From contig DURK01000123.1 of assembly GCA_012837325.1 (NCBI GenBank), forward strand, positions 1,662-65,661: a stretch of DNA of 64,000 nt. Direction: 5' to 3'. This DNA is from Clostridiales bacterium. GTDB taxonomy: Bacteria > Bacillota > Clostridia > Caldicoprobacterales > DTU083. The notes beneath the pieces are model-generated. The model had not been told where the DNA came from. It saw nothing but the letters and a program-made list of their open reading frames with translations, and did no database searches. Made by a program: the position numbers and the translations under genes. Shown piece by piece: positions 46,591 through 56,221 of this stretch; the stretch's first letter is position 1, and each line of letters begins with the position of its first letter.

Positions 46591-47718
46591 CTACAATCCT
46601 ATTAGAATTTTCAAGCGAAGAGCAATCAGCTGATACCATTCCCTGATAAGAGGCGACACGTTTATAATCATGGCTAATGGAAAAAGCGCAGCTGCAAACA
46701 AAGCAGCAAGATAAGAAGGCTTCATATTGTTTCGATAGAGCTCACTGACGCCTTTGGCATCGATAACCTTATACCCTACCTTCAGTCTGACAAGAAAAGT
46801 ACTGGCCATCCCGCTTCTCCCCTTTTCCAAAAAATCAATCATATTTGTATGACTGCCTACAGCAACAATAAGCTCTGCTTTTTGTTCATAAGCCAGTATT
46901 AGGGCTGCATCTTCGCTGGTGCCAGGGTAAGCGAAAACTTCTGCGTCCAATTTCAGTTCCCGTATGCGTTCCATCCCCGGTGCCCGCCCGTCCGGATAAG
47001 CATGAACAATGATTTGATTGCATTTTGTAAGTGCACGGTTGCTGACGCTATCCATATCTCCAATTATAATATCCGGCTTCCATCCGAATTCGAGTATTGC
47101 ATCTGCCCCGCCATCTACCCCGATCATAACGGGTTTGGTTTCCGCTATATATGAACGGATAGCTTTTAGATCATCTTTATAATTTTTCCCTCGGACTACA
47201 ACAAGTACATGGCGAGCATTCACGTCTACGTTTATAATTGGCAACTGTATGGGAGAAAGAATAATATCCTTCTCTTTCCCCGCATAATCCAGAGTGTTTT
47301 CAATAAAACTATGAAGCACATCCCGTATGTTTTCGGAAGCCTTTTCCATTAACCATCGCATCTCCTCACCGGTTAAACAATTGACCTGGCAGACAGGCAA
47401 GTGATTCAAAAACAAGGTATCCTCTGCTATTTCAATCAGGTCGCCTTCTTCAACCCGTTCAAAGAAGTCCTTGCTTACATTGTCATACAAGGGAATCCCC
47501 GCTTCATGCAAAATCCGCGGACCTTGATTTGGAAATGTGCCGGCAATGGATTGTTCACAGTTAATAACTGCCTTCACCTTACATTCAGCAAGATGAATTG
47601 CTGCGACTTCATCCAGGTTTCTATGAAGAATGATTGCGATATCAGAATTTGTTAAGCGGTTGATTAAATTCTTAGTCTTTTTGTCTTTTTTTGCATAACC
47701 ACGAATCAAAATTATCAA
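46591..47718 (-). CDS. steA: SteA-like protein (thiamine-pyrophosphokinase-like domain + C-terminal TM)
   Basis: 375 aa. GVDGGAD and IIGDMDS motifs of the TPK catalytic fold, plus a C-terminal hydrophobic helix. The TTG at 47709 has better RBS spacing than the one at 47718. Confidence 0.65.
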   Translation of the reverse strand: MIILIRGYAKKDKKTKNLINRLTNSDIAIILHRNLDEVAAIHLAECKVKAVINCEQSIAGTFPNQGPRILHEAGIPLYDNVSKDFFERVEEGDLIEIAEDTLFLNHLPVCQVNCLTGEEMRWLMEKASENIRDVLHSFIENTLDYAGKEKDIILSPIQLPIINVDVNARHVLVVVRGKNYKDDLKAIRSYIAETKPVMIGVDGGADAILEFGWKPDIIIGDMDSVSNRALTKCNQIIVHAYPDGRAPGMERIRELKLDAEVFAYPGTSEDAALILAYEQKAELIVAVGSHTNMIDFLEKGRSGMASTFLVRLKVGYKVIDAKGVSELYRNNMKPSYLAALFAAALFPLAMIINVSPLIREWYQLIALRLKILIGL

Positions 47719-47775
47719 ACTCCTAAGAATGTATTCAATAGTATCATTAGCAATATCTTACAATTTATTCGCACC

Positions 47776-47827
47776 AAAAATACAAAAAGCTCATATATTC
47801 TCACAGGAACCCTGTCAAATATAGAGC
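47776..47827 (-). terminator. rho-independent terminator downstream of spo0A
   Basis: On the - strand: GCTCTATATT...(inner ACAGG/CCTGT)...AATATATGAGC followed by TTTTTGTATTTTT. Confidence 0.65.
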
Positions 47828-47896
47828 TTTCTTTATCTAACAATTTACATAATCACTTCTATCAGCCCATCTGGGCTGGTCACCTAGTACGATTTA

Positions 47897-48712
47897 TTAA
47901 AAATTGCTTTGCATTTTGCTTTGCATTCTAAGCTTGTCAGCCACCATTGCAATAAACTCACCATTGGTTGGTTTTCCTTTTTCATCATGAATGGTATACC
48001 CGAACAATCTGTTTATGGTATCCACTCTGCCACGGCTCCAGGCGACCTCTATTGCATGCCGAATGGCACGCTCCACCCTGCTGGGAGTGGTATTAAATTT
48101 TTCGGCAATTCCTGGATACAACTCCTTGGTAATACCGCTTAACAATTCCATGTCATTGATAACCATGGTAATGGCTTCTCTTAAATATTGATATCCTTTA
48201 ATATGGGCAGGCACACCTATTTCATGTATGATGTTGGTAATTTCCGCTTCTAAAATACGTTCCTTACTGTTTTCCAAAAAGTTGACATTCGGCAGAAAAG
48301 ACGCTGATAAAGAGGTATCCGGTGAACCAAATTCATCTGACACCAGCTCTCTGATTCGTTTTACAAATACTTCCAGATCGAAAGGTTTAACTATATAATA
48401 GTCGGCTCCTAAAGCGATGGCCCTTTGGGTTATTTTATCCTGTCCAACTGCAGAAAGAATGATTATCTTGGGGAAGTTTTCCATGCTCTCATGGTTGAGC
48501 TTTTCCAATACACCAAGCCCATCCATAAGAGGCATGATGATATCAAGAACTACTACGTCAGGTTGATATCTTCTAATTTGATTTAGGGTATCGACACCGT
48601 CATGGGCTACACCCACAACTTCAATGTCGTCATGTTTGGAAAGATATTGGCCGATAATGTCACAAAAGTCTTTATTGTCATCGGCAATGAGCACTGTAAT
48701 CCTCTCATTCAT
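47897..48712 (-). CDS. spo0A: sporulation master regulator Spo0A
   Basis: 271 aa with a receiver domain (DIIMPLMDG) and the Spo0A-specific DNA-binding C-terminus (...[20 protein letters not shown]..., [11 protein letters not shown]). Confidence 0.93.
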   Translation of the reverse strand: MNERITVLIADDNKDFCDIIGQYLSKHDDIEVVGVAHDGVDTLNQIRRYQPDVVVLDIIMPLMDGLGVLEKLNHESMENFPKIIILSAVGQDKITQRAIALGADYYIVKPFDLEVFVKRIRELVSDEFGSPDTSLSASFLPNVNFLENSKERILEAEITNIIHEIGVPAHIKGYQYLREAITMVINDMELLSGITKELYPGIAEKFNTTPSRVERAIRHAIEVAWSRGRVDTINRLFGYTIHDEKGKPTNGEFIAMVADKLRMQSKMQSNF

Positions 48713-48785
48713 AAAATATACCCCCTATATTTATTAACCCCTTATTCATAAATCTCATGACTTATTTGCAGAGCTTATTAAAGCT

Positions 48786-48812
48786 ATTCGACAAAATTAA
48801 AATGATTCCTGC
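48786..48812 (-). promoter_or_regulatory. sigma-H-type promoter of spo0A
   Basis: The - strand reads GCAGGAATC, 11-nt spacer, GTCGAAT, compared with the consensus RNAGGAWWW-11/12-RNNGAAT. Lies about 74 nt upstream of the ATG. Confidence 0.55.
48787..48793 (-). promoter_or_regulatory. 0A box (TGTCGAA)
   Basis: Exact TGTCGAA on the spo0A-coding strand, overlapping the -10 of the sigma-H-type promoter. Confidence 0.5.
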
Positions 48813-48850
48813 CTGGATATGGAAATATTCACACAACAATCCTTCTCTTT

Positions 48851-50152
48851 CTAATCAATAATTTTATTCGCTTCCTCTAACATCCATTCAATAAACATCC
48901 CATAACCTTTTCTGGGATCATTTACGAAAACATGGGTCACTGCACCTATCACTCTTCCGTTTTGCAGAATGGGACTGCCACTCATACCTTGAACAATTCC
49001 ACCGGTCTTTTCCAAAAGTCGGGGATCGGTAATTTCCAGCACCAAACCTTTTGATCCAGGCACAGCCTGCCTGTTAATCTTAATCAATTGGATTTCATAC
49101 TCCTGAATTCCTTTGTCATCAATGGTAGTTAAAATGGTTGCTTTACCCGGCTTTATATTGTATTGAAAAGCTATGGGCATCGGGTTATTATAAATCGGAT
49201 TTGATATTTTCCGGGTTGCTTTACCATAAATACCAAAGCTCGTATTCTTAATAATCGTCCCCAATACTTTTCTGTTGTTGGTGAAGTTGCCCACCAGCTC
49301 ACCCGGCATTCCTTTTTTTCCCATATTGACATCTATGATAGTGGATTCTGAAATCACCCCGTCTTTTACAGACAGCAAGGCACCGGTATCCACATCAGTG
49401 ATAGCATGACCAAGTGCACCCATATACCCTGATTCAGGATCAACAAAAGTTAAAGTTCCAACTCCTGCAGTGCTGTCTCTAACCCACAACCCCAAACGAT
49501 ATTTTGAGTCCGAAGCATCTTGAATTGGATGAATTCGAGCAACAAAGACACGATTGTTTCTTCTACATTCCAGATCAACAGATTTTCCTTTTACTTTATT
49601 AACCAGTTGTGATAAGTGTCCAGCATCCTTCACCGCTATGCCATTCACTTTTTCAATGACATCACCCGGTAAGAGTCCAGCATCAATAGCCGGAAAATGA
49701 GTGATACCAGCTGGATCTGTTACATCAGAGGTTCCTACTATCAATGCACCGTTTGTATATAGGGATACCCCTATAGAGTTTCCTCCCGGAATCAGCTTTT
49801 TAGGTGAGGTAACAGAAATTGTCAGCTTCTTAACAGGTATGAAACCAAACAACAAAAAATCAAGGCTTACATTTCCTTGGTTCACCGGTTCAATGGTCAA
49901 CGGTCTGCTAATGTCATAACTATTCTGACCTTTTAATGAATTACCATTGAATTTTAGAACATTGATATCATTCTTGCCCGTAATCTTCGCATGCAAAGGC
50001 AAACCAAAGCGCAGTACCTGGGATTCTCCCTCAAAAATCTGCAATTCAGCAGGAAAACGGACAATATTCTGCACAACAGGTGAATAATTGAAAGCCAAAA
50101 CCAAGACTACGACTACAATACCGAATGCTTTCTTAAAAGCTGCTCTTTTCAT
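48851..50152 (-). CDS. spoIVB: SpoIVB signalling serine peptidase (S55)
   Basis: 433 aa with an N-terminal anchor, a PDZ domain (GDVIEKVNG) and a C-terminal GMSGSPI serine motif. Confidence 0.88.
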   Translation of the reverse strand: MKRAAFKKAFGIVVVVLVLAFNYSPVVQNIVRFPAELQIFEGESQVLRFGLPLHAKITGKNDINVLKFNGNSLKGQNSYDISRPLTIEPVNQGNVSLDFLLFGFIPVKKLTISVTSPKKLIPGGNSIGVSLYTNGALIVGTSDVTDPAGITHFPAIDAGLLPGDVIEKVNGIAVKDAGHLSQLVNKVKGKSVDLECRRNNRVFVARIHPIQDASDSKYRLGLWVRDSTAGVGTLTFVDPESGYMGALGHAITDVDTGALLSVKDGVISESTIIDVNMGKKGMPGELVGNFTNNRKVLGTIIKNTSFGIYGKATRKISNPIYNNPMPIAFQYNIKPGKATILTTIDDKGIQEYEIQLIKINRQAVPGSKGLVLEITDPRLLEKTGGIVQGMSGSPILQNGRVIGAVTHVFVNDPRKGYGMFIEWMLEEANKIID

Positions 50153-50291
50153 CCTTCACGCTCCTGCATAGTCATTTTTTAATGCTGCTTAAAAATACAA
50201 GCTTACTTTAAGGTAACCTTTAAAAAGTGATTTATGCAGAGAATAATAAGCGCGTAAAGATAGGTGGAAGTGGTGATCAATGGATGAAGAA

Positions 50292-52031
50292 CTAATCAGC
50301 CTTGATAAAGTTCTTATGAATCAATGCTGATTCAATCAATTCTCCTGCATGCTCCAAACTGATTTTCGTTAATTTGGCCCCTCCAATCATTCGGGCAATC
50401 TCTTCTTTGCGTTGCTCCAAATTCAAACGTGAAACTGTAGTTCGGGTATGATCACCTGAAATGCTTTTTTTAATGACAAAATGATAATCTGCCATCGCAG
50501 CAATTTGCGGCAGATGGGAGACACAGATAACTTGTCTACTACTTGCAATGGAGCCAATTTTTTCTGCTGCTTTTTGAGCCGTTCTTCCACTGATACCTAC
50601 ATCGATTTCATCAAAAATCATCGTTGGGATTTCATCCAGGTCACCGAGAATTGTTTTGAAAGCTAACATTACCCTGGACATTTCACCGCCGGAAATGATT
50701 TTTGCCAATGGCTTAACCGGTTCTCCGGGATTGGGAGAGATTAAAAACTCCACTGTATCATATCCGTTTTCTGTAATACCGGTTATTTCGAAATCTTCCG
50801 CCTTTGGATGATCAGGATTAGACAAGGATACTTGAAATTTTGTTTTACTCATATTTAGGTCATTCAGTTCCTTCATCAGCTTTTTCTCTAAAAATTCCGC
50901 CCATTTCTTGCGAATCAGTGACAAATCCCTGCATTGTTTTAAAATTTTCTTGTATAAGGCATTGTATTCACTTGACAAGTTCTTTAATCTTTGCTGACTG
51001 TTCTCCAGTATATCCAATTCAGATTCCATGTCAACTTTCAGCTTAAGTACATCATCCACTGTTTTTCCGTATTTGCGTTTCATGGCCAGAATGACATCCA
51101 ACCGGGAATCCAATCGTTCCAACCGTTCGGGGTCATAGTCAAAGCCGTCTCGATATGTTCTCAGTTCATGTATGCAGTCTTCTAAGGAGTACTGCAAGCT
51201 TTCCAGCCGGCTTATTATATCGTCCAAAGCCTCATCAATTCCCTGTATGCTCTGCAGTTGTCTTACAGTACCGGCAAGAATGTCCAAGACTGGATTAGAC
51301 TGAGGTTTGCCTGTGTATAGTGCTAAATAGGCATCATTAACCGTATTGGATATCCTTTCAGCATGAGTCAGAATAGCCCGCTCTTTCCGCAAGGCATCTT
51401 CTTCTCCAGGGTGAAGAGCTGCGTTTTCGATTTCCTCGATTTGATATCGTAAAATATCTTTCCGTCGTTCACCATCCTGATTCCAACCATGAATTTTATC
51501 AATTTCATTTTTTACAGCTTGCCAAGAGGACCACGTAAGAGCCAACTCGTTTTTTCGGTTTTTCAGATCCTGGCCGCCAAGCCTGTCCAGAAATACAATA
51601 TGAGATTCCGGAGTCAATAAGGACTGGTGCTGATGTTGTCCATGTAAATCAACCAAATACCGGCTGATCTCTCGCAGCATGGATAAGGTAACCAAACGAC
51701 CGTTTATTTTGCATAGATTGCGTCCTTGAACGGTCAATTCCCGCATGAGAAGCAAGCCGTCATCCTCTTCTGGTGGAATATCGAACCTGGATAGAATTTC
51801 AAGAATCCGGTGATTTTCTGGCAATGAAAAAAGAATCTCAACCCTGGCATAATCCTTGCCGGTTTGTATTAGATCTCGATCTGCTCTTTCTCCCAAAGCC
51901 AAATTAACCGCATCAATAATAATGGATTTTCCTGCACCTGTTTCACCGGTCAAAACATTAAATCCTTTATCAAAAGATATGGTAAGCTGATCAATCAGGG
52001 CAATGTTTCGAATTGAGATTTCACGAATCAT
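50292..52031 (-). CDS. recN: DNA repair protein RecN
   Basis: 579 aa with Walker A (GETGAGKS), a long coiled coil and a C-terminal SGGE signature. Confidence 0.92.
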   Translation of the reverse strand: MIREISIRNIALIDQLTISFDKGFNVLTGETGAGKSIIIDAVNLALGERADRDLIQTGKDYARVEILFSLPENHRILEILSRFDIPPEEDDGLLLMRELTVQGRNLCKINGRLVTLSMLREISRYLVDLHGQHQHQSLLTPESHIVFLDRLGGQDLKNRKNELALTWSSWQAVKNEIDKIHGWNQDGERRKDILRYQIEEIENAALHPGEEDALRKERAILTHAERISNTVNDAYLALYTGKPQSNPVLDILAGTVRQLQSIQGIDEALDDIISRLESLQYSLEDCIHELRTYRDGFDYDPERLERLDSRLDVILAMKRKYGKTVDDVLKLKVDMESELDILENSQQRLKNLSSEYNALYKKILKQCRDLSLIRKKWAEFLEKKLMKELNDLNMSKTKFQVSLSNPDHPKAEDFEITGITENGYDTVEFLISPNPGEPVKPLAKIISGGEMSRVMLAFKTILGDLDEIPTMIFDEIDVGISGRTAQKAAEKIGSIASSRQVICVSHLPQIAAMADYHFVIKKSISGDHTRTTVSRLNLEQRKEEIARMIGGAKLTKISLEHAGELIESALIHKNFIKAD

Positions 52032-52068
52032 TCAATCCCCCCAACCGTATTACAAAAGAATTTTTTGC

Positions 52069-52521
52069 TTACTTTCGCATAAGCTTTGAAAAACGTTTTA
52101 ATACATCCTGTACCATGCTGTCGTCTCGTACAATGACTAAAATGGTATCATCTCCTGCAATGCACCCGATAATTTCCGGCCAGTTCATGGAATCAATAGC
52201 AGAAGCTGCAGCCTGTGCACCAGCGACAATGGTTCGAATGACAAGCAGATTATTGGCATGCTCCATAGAGATTACGGATTCGGAAAAAACTCGGAATAAC
52301 CTTTCGGACATATCGGGATCGTTACGTTCCATAGCCGCATATTTGTAAATCCCGGATTTCCCCATTACCTTAACCAAGCGCAGCTCTTTGATATCCCTGG
52401 ATACTGTGGCTTGAGTGATATCCATTCCGTAGTTTCGAAGCTCAGCTGCAAGCTCTTCCTGGGTTTCAATGTCCTTTTCTTCAATAATCTTTAGAATCAA
52501 TGCATGCCTGTCATATTTCAT
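52069..52521 (-). CDS. argR: arginine repressor
   Basis: Start taken at MKYDRHALILKII... (M9 of the track ORF). Winged-helix N-terminus and a C-terminal GTIAGDDT-like motif (CIAGDDTILV). Confidence 0.85.
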   Translation of the reverse strand: MKYDRHALILKIIEEKDIETQEELAAELRNYGMDITQATVSRDIKELRLVKVMGKSGIYKYAAMERNDPDMSERLFRVFSESVISMEHANNLLVIRTIVAGAQAAASAIDSMNWPEIIGCIAGDDTILVIVRDDSMVQDVLKRFSKLMRK

Positions 52522-52574
52522 AGCTTTAACCACACTCCATTCCATATCGTTATCTAATTTATGATTATGGTCAT

Positions 52575-53432
52575 TTACTCATTACGCGCTGACAGTTTAT
52601 TGCGAAGTAAATTAAAGAAGCCATATCCGGACAGACGAATCAGTTGTGTTTTTAAAGGGGATTTGCTAATGGTGATATGATCGCCCTCTTGAAGGCTTTT
52701 CACCTGTTGGCCGTCTATTGTCACCTGAATTTCCCGGTTTCTATCAATTACACCAATTTCAATTATTGAGTCCGCATTGGTCACGATTGGTCTGGAAGTC
52801 ATTGTATGGGGACAGATTGGGGTCATAAGCAGACATTCCATCCCCGGGTAAATGACAGGGCCTCCTGCAGATAAGGAGTAAGCAGTAGAACCGGTAGGAC
52901 TGGATACCAGTAAACCATCAGCAGCATAGTGATTGACGAATTCTCCATCAATTCTCACATTTAAGTGAATAATTCTGGCAAAGGAACCTTTGGCAACCGC
53001 TACATCATTTAAAGCCAGAAACTGCTTTATCAGCTGATTATTCCGAATTAATCGGGCTTCCAGCATCATTCTATGTTCAATCTGGTAAGAACTGGAAGCT
53101 AGCGTATCAAGGATATGTTCAAGATCCGACATTTCTGCCTCAGCCAAGAAACCGAGACGTCCAAGATTGATTCCCAGCAAAGGCTTGTTGAATTTTGCAG
53201 CGCTGCGCGAGGTTTGTAAAATGGTGCCATCGCCTCCCAAAACCAGAATTAAATCTGACAACTGGTATATCTCCTTTTCCCTGAGCAAGGTTCCCTGTTT
53301 TAATTGCTTGTAAACAGAAGATGTAACCAGAGGCTGCATATTTCGTTTTATCATCCCTTTAAGCACTTTGTCAGTATATTCCCCCGTAGGGTCTTTATAC
53401 AAATTGGAAACGATTCCAATCTTAACCATCAT
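52575..53432 (-). CDS. nadK: NAD kinase
   Basis: Start at M11/M12 of the track ORF, directly after the tlyA stop. GGDGT motif present. Confidence 0.88.
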   Translation of the reverse strand: MMVKIGIVSNLYKDPTGEYTDKVLKGMIKRNMQPLVTSSVYKQLKQGTLLREKEIYQLSDLILVLGGDGTILQTSRSAAKFNKPLLGINLGRLGFLAEAEMSDLEHILDTLASSSYQIEHRMMLEARLIRNNQLIKQFLALNDVAVAKGSFARIIHLNVRIDGEFVNHYAADGLLVSSPTGSTAYSLSAGGPVIYPGMECLLMTPICPHTMTSRPIVTNADSIIEIGVIDRNREIQVTIDGQQVKSLQEGDHITISKSPLKTQLIRLSGYGFFNLLRNKLSARNE

Positions 53433-53433
53433 A

Positions 53434-54258
53434 TCACCTGCCAGCGAAAAAAATATGAGCATTTCGGACTACTGTTTGGGATAGACTTCGGTAATCCAAT
53501 TTAGCCGACATGCCGTTATACTTGTAAAAATGTGCTAAAAATTCGATATTCCCTTCAGGTCCGGTAATCGGCGAATAATCCAGGTTTTTTATTTCCAGGT
53601 TTAACGAGTCTGCAAATGTTAATATGTTGTTCAAAACCTCCAAATGGAGTGTCTCATCTCGAACAACCCCTCTTTTACCAACCTTTCCTTTCCCCACCTC
53701 GAATTGAGGCTTAATAAGGGATACAATGTGACTGTTGTTATCCAGTATACGGATCACCACCGGTAAAACCAGCTTAAGTGAAATAAAGGATACATCAATG
53801 ACAGCCCCTTGTGGAGGTTCTGGAAAGGCTTCTTCTTGAACATTTCGGATGTTGGTACGTTCCATTACAACAACTCTTGGATCTTGTCTGAGTTCCCATG
53901 CCAATTGACCATAGCCGACATCGATAGAGTATACCTTTCTTGCTCCATGGTGAAGAAGGCAATGGGTAAATCCTCCCGTTGATGCTCCAATGTCCATCCA
54001 AGTTCTATCTTCAACTGGTATGGCGAACTTTTTGAGCGCTTTTTCCAGTTTCAAACCGCCTCGGCTGACAAAGAGGTTATCTGCTCCTTTAATCTGGATT
54101 TTGTCGTCCACCAAAACCATAGAACCAGGTTTGTCCACTCTTTGTTGGTTAACAAATACCAGCCCAGCCATAATTAGTCGTTTTGCTTTTTCCCTGCTGC
54201 TTGCCAAGCCACTTTGAACCAGAAGAACGTCAAGCCGTTCCCTTCGGGAATCATTCAT
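53434..54258 (-). CDS. tlyA: TlyA-family rRNA 2'-O-methyltransferase
   Basis: The ATG at 54258 lies 7 nt after AAAGGAGA. S4 domain (RLDVLLVQSGLASSREKAKRLI) and FtsJ-like SAM motif (DIGASTGGFT). Confidence 0.85.
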   Translation of the reverse strand: MNDSRRERLDVLLVQSGLASSREKAKRLIMAGLVFVNQQRVDKPGSMVLVDDKIQIKGADNLFVSRGGLKLEKALKKFAIPVEDRTWMDIGASTGGFTHCLLHHGARKVYSIDVGYGQLAWELRQDPRVVVMERTNIRNVQEEAFPEPPQGAVIDVSFISLKLVLPVVIRILDNNSHIVSLIKPQFEVGKGKVGKRGVVRDETLHLEVLNNILTFADSLNLEIKNLDYSPITGPEGNIEFLAHFYKYNGMSAKLDYRSLSQTVVRNAHIFFAGR

Positions 54259-56134
54259 GCTCATTCTCCTTTCCACACATGGCACAAATCTGCATGGCAA
54301 TGGCATCCGGTTCCAAATGAAGAGATTTTTTCAGTTCATCTATAGAGCCATGCTCGATAAATCTATCCGGAATCCCAATATTTCTTATTCTGACATCCAT
54401 GTCCTGACCCATAGCAAATTCATTCACACTGCTGCCAAATCCACCTTCTACAGCATTATCTTCCATGGTTACCCAAAGCAATGGATGGGTTTCAGTCAAC
54501 TGACTCAACATCTCGTAATCCAGAGGTTTGATGATTCGTGCATTGATGACAGTGGTTTGAAGCCCTTTTTTCTTTAGAATATCAGCTACTTGTAAAGCCG
54601 TCTCAACCATGGACCCCACTGCAATAATGGCAATATCCCTGCCTTCTATCAGGGTTTCCCACTTTAGATGCTGCAATGGAAAACTAGGTAAATCCTCCAC
54701 AGTTCCTTTGCTGTCCTTGGAGTATCGAATAGCAGCAGGTCCGTTCATGTGGAGGACGTAATCCAGCATGTGCTTCAATTCCTCTGTATTCTTTGGAGCC
54801 ATAATGGTCAAGTTGGGAACATGACGCAAAAAGCTGATATCAAATACCCCTTGATGGGTGTCTCCATCCTCTCCTACCAGGCCTGAACGGTCAATGGCAA
54901 ACACGACAGGAAGATTCTGCCTGCAGACATCATGAACAATCTGATCGTAAGCTCGCTGCAGGAAGGTGGAGTATATGGCAACCACCGGCCTCATGTTGCT
55001 TGCAGCCAGCCCTGCAGCAAAGGTAACCGCATGCTGCTCAGCTATCCCTACATCAAAGAACCGTTCAGGATGCTTTGTTTGAAAATAAGACAAACCTGTT
55101 CCATCTGGCATGGCAGCCGTAATAGCAACGATTTCATGTCTGGTATGTGCTAATTGGGCAAGATAAATCCCCAGTGTTTTGGAAAACGAAGTATTTTTTT
55201 TTCCATTTGCTCCTTTCCCATTATCTATATCAAATGGTGAAACTCCATGGTATTGAGCAGGGTTTGATTCAGAAAATGGATAACCCTTACCTTTTTGGGT
55301 AACAACATGTACCAAGGTAGGTCCATTTACCTGTCTGGCACGCTTCAAAATACGAAGCAGCATTGGCAGATCATGCCCGTCCACCGGCCCAATATAGGTA
55401 TAACCCAACTCTTCAAACAGAACACCGGGAACCAACAAATACTTTAAGCTGTTTTTTACTTTTTCAGCTTTTTCAGCAATCCAATTGCCGCCTAATGGCA
55501 GTTTCCTCAGAAATTGCTCTACTACCTTCTTAAACCATTTATATCGCGGGTTGGATCGAATTTTGTATAGGTATGAGGCCAGAGCACCTACATTTGGAGC
55601 AATGGACATCTCATTGTCATTCAAAATTATAGTCAGTCTTGAACTAAGGCGTCCGGCATCATTCAAGGCTTCCATGGCCATCCCGCCTGTCAGGGCACCA
55701 TCTCCGATGATAGCGACAACATGATACTTTTCCTGCCTTAAGTCACGAGCCTTGGCAATCCCCAGTGCAGCAGAAAGAGCAGTACTGCTGTGTCCAGTTT
55801 CAAAAATATCATGAATACTTTCACTTCGCTTTGGAAAACCGCTTAATCCGCCATATTGTCTTAAAGTATGAAACTGGCCTTTTCGAGAAGTCAATATTTT
55901 ATGAATGTAGCTTTGATGACCCACATCCCAAATAAATTTATCGACAGGACTGTTATAAACATAATGAAGTGCCAGTGTCAATTCCACTACTCCTAGATTA
56001 GAGGCCAAATGACCTCCGGTTTCCGCAACTTTTTCAAGAATAAACTGTCGGATTTCCTGTGCTAAAGATTCAATATCTTCTGGATTCAGTTTTTTCAAGT
56101 CATTGGGGCTGTCTATATTATCAAGCAATGCCAT
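54251..56134 (-). CDS. dxs: 1-deoxy-D-xylulose-5-phosphate synthase
   Basis: 627 aa with the ThDP motif (GDGALTGGMAMEALN). Confidence 0.93.
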   Translation of the reverse strand: MALLDNIDSPNDLKKLNPEDIESLAQEIRQFILEKVAETGGHLASNLGVVELTLALHYVYNSPVDKFIWDVGHQSYIHKILTSRKGQFHTLRQYGGLSGFPKRSESIHDIFETGHSSTALSAALGIAKARDLRQEKYHVVAIIGDGALTGGMAMEALNDAGRLSSRLTIILNDNEMSIAPNVGALASYLYKIRSNPRYKWFKKVVEQFLRKLPLGGNWIAEKAEKVKNSLKYLLVPGVLFEELGYTYIGPVDGHDLPMLLRILKRARQVNGPTLVHVVTQKGKGYPFSESNPAQYHGVSPFDIDNGKGANGKKNTSFSKTLGIYLAQLAHTRHEIVAITAAMPDGTGLSYFQTKHPERFFDVGIAEQHAVTFAAGLAASNMRPVVAIYSTFLQRAYDQIVHDVCRQNLPVVFAIDRSGLVGEDGDTHQGVFDISFLRHVPNLTIMAPKNTEELKHMLDYVLHMNGPAAIRYSKDSKGTVEDLPSFPLQHLKWETLIEGRDIAIIAVGSMVETALQVADILKKKGLQTTVINARIIKPLDYEMLSQLTETHPLLWVTMEDNAVEGGFGSSVNEFAMGQDMDVRIRNIGIPDRFIEHGSIDELKKSLHLEPDAIAMQICAMCGKENEHE

Positions 56135-56221
56135 CTATGGATTCCTTTCTGCAGCAAGATAAAATATTATCATATATATATTGGCAGGCTTCAAATAGGT
56201 CTGATGGGTTTTCTAAGCGCT

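Noticed and set aside
47719-47775. Sigma-A promoter for the steA operon
   Set aside because: The best candidate (TTGTAA-17-TATTGA on the - strand) matches the -10 consensus at only 3 of 6 positions. The promoter remains unidentified.
50153-50291. Forespore (sigma-F/G) promoter and recN terminator in the recN-spoIVB spacer
   Set aside because: I found only 4-bp stems and poor matches (GCATA ... GGTTACCTTA) to the consensus. That is not enough to call either feature.
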